This document shows, in pieces, positions 60,182-64,000 of a stretch of 64,000 bases of DNA. The DNA lies in NCBI GenBank assembly GCA_963664435.2, contig CAXXKM010000001.1, positions 640,001 through 704,000 on the forward strand, read 5' to 3'. The stretch is from Longimicrobiales bacterium. GTDB taxonomy: Bacteria; Gemmatimonadota; Gemmatimonadetes; Longimicrobiales; Gaopeijiaceae. A program made the translations under genes and the position numbers. The notes beneath the pieces were generated by a model, which made no database searches, was not told the DNA's origin, and worked only from the letters and a program-made list of their open reading frames with translations. The stretch's first letter is position 1. Every line of letters begins with the position of its first letter.

Positions 60182-63100
60182 ATGACCGAAGAACTCAAGA
60201 GTGCCAGGGACAAGGTTCTCGTAGACAATACGGCGCAGGCTGTCTTCAAACACCTCGACCGCATCAAGGACAACCGCAGCGCGCTGGGCGCCCGCTGGAT
60301 CTGGGAACTGCTGCAAAACGCCCGTGACGCGGCAGGCCGACAGGGTGTCCAGATCAGGGCCCATGTGTCGGCCAGCGAGTTTCGATTCGAGCACGACGGC
60401 AAGCCGTTTGCTTCCAAGGAGATAGCACATCTAGTCTACCACGGCTCGACGAAGATCGATTTCGAGGACATCGGCCAGTTTGGTTCAGGATTCCTGGCCA
60501 CGCACCTCCTGTCCAAGATCGTCCGCGTCACCGGGCGGCTCGAGGACTCGCGCGGGTTCGACTTCCCGCTGGACCGCACCGGCGGGACCGCCGAAGAGCT
60601 GCGCGAAGCAATGGACCGTTCGTGGGCTGCGTTCGAGCAGTCAGTCCAAGATGCCCGACCTGCATCGGACGCAACCACCTCTTTCGCGTACAATACCGCT
60701 GAACCGGGGGCGCGCGAGCTTGTCGAGGCAGGGCTGGAGGAACTTCGCCGGAGCGGACCGCTGGTCTTGGCGTTCTGTCCGGAGATCACGGAGATCGCCG
60801 TCGAGACCTCCGATGCCGAGTGGAAGCTCTCACGAGAAAGCCGGGAAGAAGGCGGCATCCGAATGATTCGGTACGTGGGAGACGCCGGGGAGCAGTCGCG
60901 TTTCGTCGCAGTCGCGGGAGCGGAAAGCGAGTGCTGCGCGGCGCTCCAACTGCGCTCCGGGGAATCCGGACTTGAGGTGGCCCCAGCGCAGGAGACGGCG
61001 GCGAAGCTCTTCGTGCTGTTCCCTCTCGTTGGCAGCGAGCGGCTGGGGCTCCCGGCCACGGGTCAACAGCCGACAGTTCAAGCCCCGCGAGGACCGGGAC
61101 GGCATCGTGGCCGGGGACTCGGTAGGCGCGCTAGGAAACAGGCGGCTCTTGGAGGCCTCCGTGCGACATCAGGAGCAACTCTTCGAGTGGTGCGCGCAGA
61201 AGAAGTGGGCGGGTGCGGAGCGAATGCTTGCCTTCGACATCGCACGGCTACCTGACTGGGCAAAGGGTGCCCCTTGGTTCCGCCCGCTGCTGATCGAATT
61301 GGTGTGCAAGGCTCGCGAGACTCCGCTAATGCGGACCCCGGGAGGGGAATGGACCGAACCGCAGGCAGCGTGGCTGCCGACGACTGACGACCCGTCGCAC
61401 CGTGAGTGGCTCTGGAAGCTCATGTCGTCGTGGGAGGGGGCACAGGCGAGGTTGCCCTGCCTCGACGACTTGGCCTCTTGGTCACGGAACCTCTCTGGAT
61501 GGCAGACACTCCTGCGCAGATCGCGCGAAGACATGGACGAGGCCCTCACGATCACCAAAGTCGCCCGTCTCGTCGGCGACGCGCGCAGCGTGGACGGACT
61601 GCAGGAACGATTGGTAAACGGCGCGGCGCAGTCCTGGCTCGTGTCGCTGCTCGAACTTGCACTGGATGCCGGCGAAACCGGACTCCTCGACACGCACAAC
61701 CTGCTACCGACTCAGGGCGGCGGGCTGCGCCGACGTCCTGACATTCGCCGCGACGAGGGAATCTCCGAAGAACTCAAAGACATCGCGGAGGCGTTCGGGC
61801 TGGAAATCCGCGACGAACTGCTCGACAAGCGCGCAGAGATGGAAGGACTGGCGGAGCTTCTCACGTCGGAGGGCGAGCCGGAACTGCTCGACAAGGTCTT
61901 GGCGCGCGTTAAGGAGGAAGCCCGGGACGGGGTGATCAGGACGCGGCTCGCACCTTGGGTAGTCAAGCTGTTCCGCTGGATCGCTGACCGTCCGGATTAC
62001 GTCGAGCGCTTGGATGGCTATCCGGTGCCGACATCCGAACAGTCCGAGGAAGGAGTCGTTGTGCTGCTTCTCGAGCGGGGACGCGAGGCGCCCCTACGGC
62101 CACTGGCACCGGTGGCGACCTGGCCCGAGTGCGCGCAGCGGTTCGGTTCCCTGTTCCCGAGACGCAGGGTCCTGGCGGAAGCCTTCGCCGACGGCGATCC
62201 CGAGGTGTGGCCGCGCCTAGCCGCGATCGGCTACGTGAACGCGTCCCCGCTAATCGAGACGCAGCGCGTGGTGGAAGCGTTCCTGCCGGACGAACCGCTC
62301 CCGGACACAGAGGAGACCCCCTTGGGATCGCACAAGTCGACGCAGGAGTTGGAGGTATCGGATGTCGCCTGCCTCGTCGGGGCCAGGGGCCTAATCGACA
62401 CGGCCCGTAAGAGTAGGAAACGCGCCACGGAGTTCGTCCGGTTCTTGGTCGAGTTCGCGGCCGAGGCGGACGAGCGCGCCTTCGAAGTATGCGAGGTCGA
62501 CTGCGAATGTGGGGACAGCCACAGGACCTACCGGGCCGCATGGCTCGCGCCGCTACGCCATCGGCGGTGGGTGCCGCTCGGCGCCCGCGGGCGCCGGGGG
62601 ACGATGGCATCGGCGGAGTCGTTGGCGGGGCTCCTCGATGACTCGCAGGAAGTCTCGGAGATCCTGTCCGGGATCCGGGCAGAGAAGCTCTTGGACGCCT
62701 TGGCAATCAGCCGCGCGGACCTCGCGCTACGGGTTGTCGCCGGCGACGAGAACGAGCGGCTGGCGCTGATCGCGTCGATGCAGGATCTCGCCGCAGTGGC
62801 TGGTGACATCGACCGTGTTCGGGAGCTGACGACCGAGATCCGCGAGCACCCGGAGATCATCGACTCAATCAGAGAGCGGAAGATCCGTCGGACCAAGATC
62901 CAGCGGAATCAGGAGATCGGGAACCTAGTCGAGCAGCTCCTGCGGCAGGAGTTGGAAGGCCGCGGACTGACCGTGCGGCGTACCGGGATCGGGTCCGACT
63001 TCGAGGTTGAGAGCGACTTCGTCGAGGAAGAGCAGGAGGTGGGCCTCGAACTTTCCAGCGGCCGCGGCACCACGCTCATCGAGGTGAAAAGCACTAGGAT

Positions 63101-63434
63101 CGACCAGGTGAAGATGACGCCCGTCCAGGCGGAACGCGCCTCCACCCTCGGCGACGGCTTCGCGCTGTGCGTGGTCCCCCTCGATGACGACGTGCCGACC
63201 GCCGACACGATCCACGAGAGACTGCGTGTCGTGTTCGGGATCGGAGCGCGCCTCGAGTCGGCGCTGTCCGGCTACAAGTCCATGCGAAAAGCCGCGGACG
63301 CCGCCCGCGAACCGCGGGGCGCGGTCGAACTTGAGATCCGGGAAGGCGAGGTGCGCTTCCGGATCGGCCGTCCGGTCTGGGACGAAGGACTGCCGTTCCG
63401 TCAGGCAGTCGATCGGTTCGGAGGCCGCGACTGA
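60182..63434 (+). pseudogene. Sacsin/GHKL-like ATPase with C-terminal DUF3883-like nuclease, split by a +1 frameshift near 61061
   Basis: ELLQNARDA, HDGKPF, GQFGSGF; GSDFEV...IEVKS; removing one G restores LGLPAT-VNSRQFKP. Confidence 0.75.
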
Positions 63435-63500
63435 ACCCAACCCGGCTTGACCGCAGGCACGTACTCGCGTGAGCTGCGCAACGTGTCTAGCATGGTCTGT

Positions 63501-64000
63501 TGTAGAACGGTAATCACCTGACAGATGTCCCCCGGAGGGGACGGTGGCCAGACCGGCCTCACCGAGGTTAGTTGAGAAGAGGTCCAGTCCAATCAACAAC
63601 CACGGAAGAGAACCAGAATAACCACCGTCCAGGCAGAGAAGGTAGCGCGCCGCAAGCTGTCCCTGCTACAGCTGGCCCAGGAGCTTGGCAACGTCTCGAA
63701 GGCGTGCCGGGATCGTGGGCTACAGCCGTCAGCACTTCTACGAGATCCGCCGTAACTTTCAGGTCTACGGCGCGGAGGGGCTGCTCGATCGGATGCCCGG
63801 CGCGAAGGGGCCGCATCCGAACCGCGTCGCGCCGCCGATCGAGAAGGCCATCCTGGCCCACGCGCTCAAGCACCCGACCCACGGCGCCCAGCGGGTGGCC
63901 GACGAACTGATGCTCAGAGGGCTCCAGGTCAGTTCAGGCGGAGTGCGGGGCGTGTGGACCCGCAACAAGCTCCTGACCCGTCACCACCGACTGCTGAAGC
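63501..64000 (+). mobile_element. IS481-family element, left end and 5' part of transposase (frameshifted)
   Basis: TGT-starting end TGTAGAACGGTAATCACCTGACA; translation KLSLLQLAQELGNVSKACR/IVGYSRQHFY...HPNRV...HPTHG...VSSGGVRGVW from ATA at 63618. Confidence 0.85.

Larger units (their letters stand above)
40689..64000. other. Defence island (horizontally acquired)
   Basis: Shift in base composition and codon usage; cluster of RM-like, ATPase-nuclease, recombinase and IS genes. Confidence 0.85.

Overview
GC-rich bacterial DNA in two parts. From 1 to about 40,600 it is a run of metabolic and transport genes: amidohydrolases, PLP aminotransferases, dihydropyrimidinase, an amidase, peptide-type ABC and tripartite tricarboxylate transporters, and two VapBC toxin-antitoxin pairs. 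Gene style suggests Gemmatimonadota, but that is only an impression. From about 40,600 to 64,000 it is a visibly less GC-rich defence island: HTH-IrrE/ImmA regulator, TIGR04141/DUF6119-like protein, SNF2 helicase-DUF3883, two DUF1156 adenine methyltransferases (MTases), AAA ATPase + DUF4276, Swt1-HEPN/DUF499 ATPase, a frameshifted sacsin-like ATPase-nuclease and an IS481 end. The main observation is that the two DUF1156 genes point away from each other around a pair of tyrosine recombinases. One is truncated exactly at a 25-bp perfect inverted repeat shared with the other, and a second nested 50-bp perfect inverted repeat lies mid-gene. This looks like an invertible shufflon able to make up to four MTase alleles for a DUF499/DUF1156/SNF2 restriction-like system. 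All family calls come from motif recognition by eye; no searches were run.
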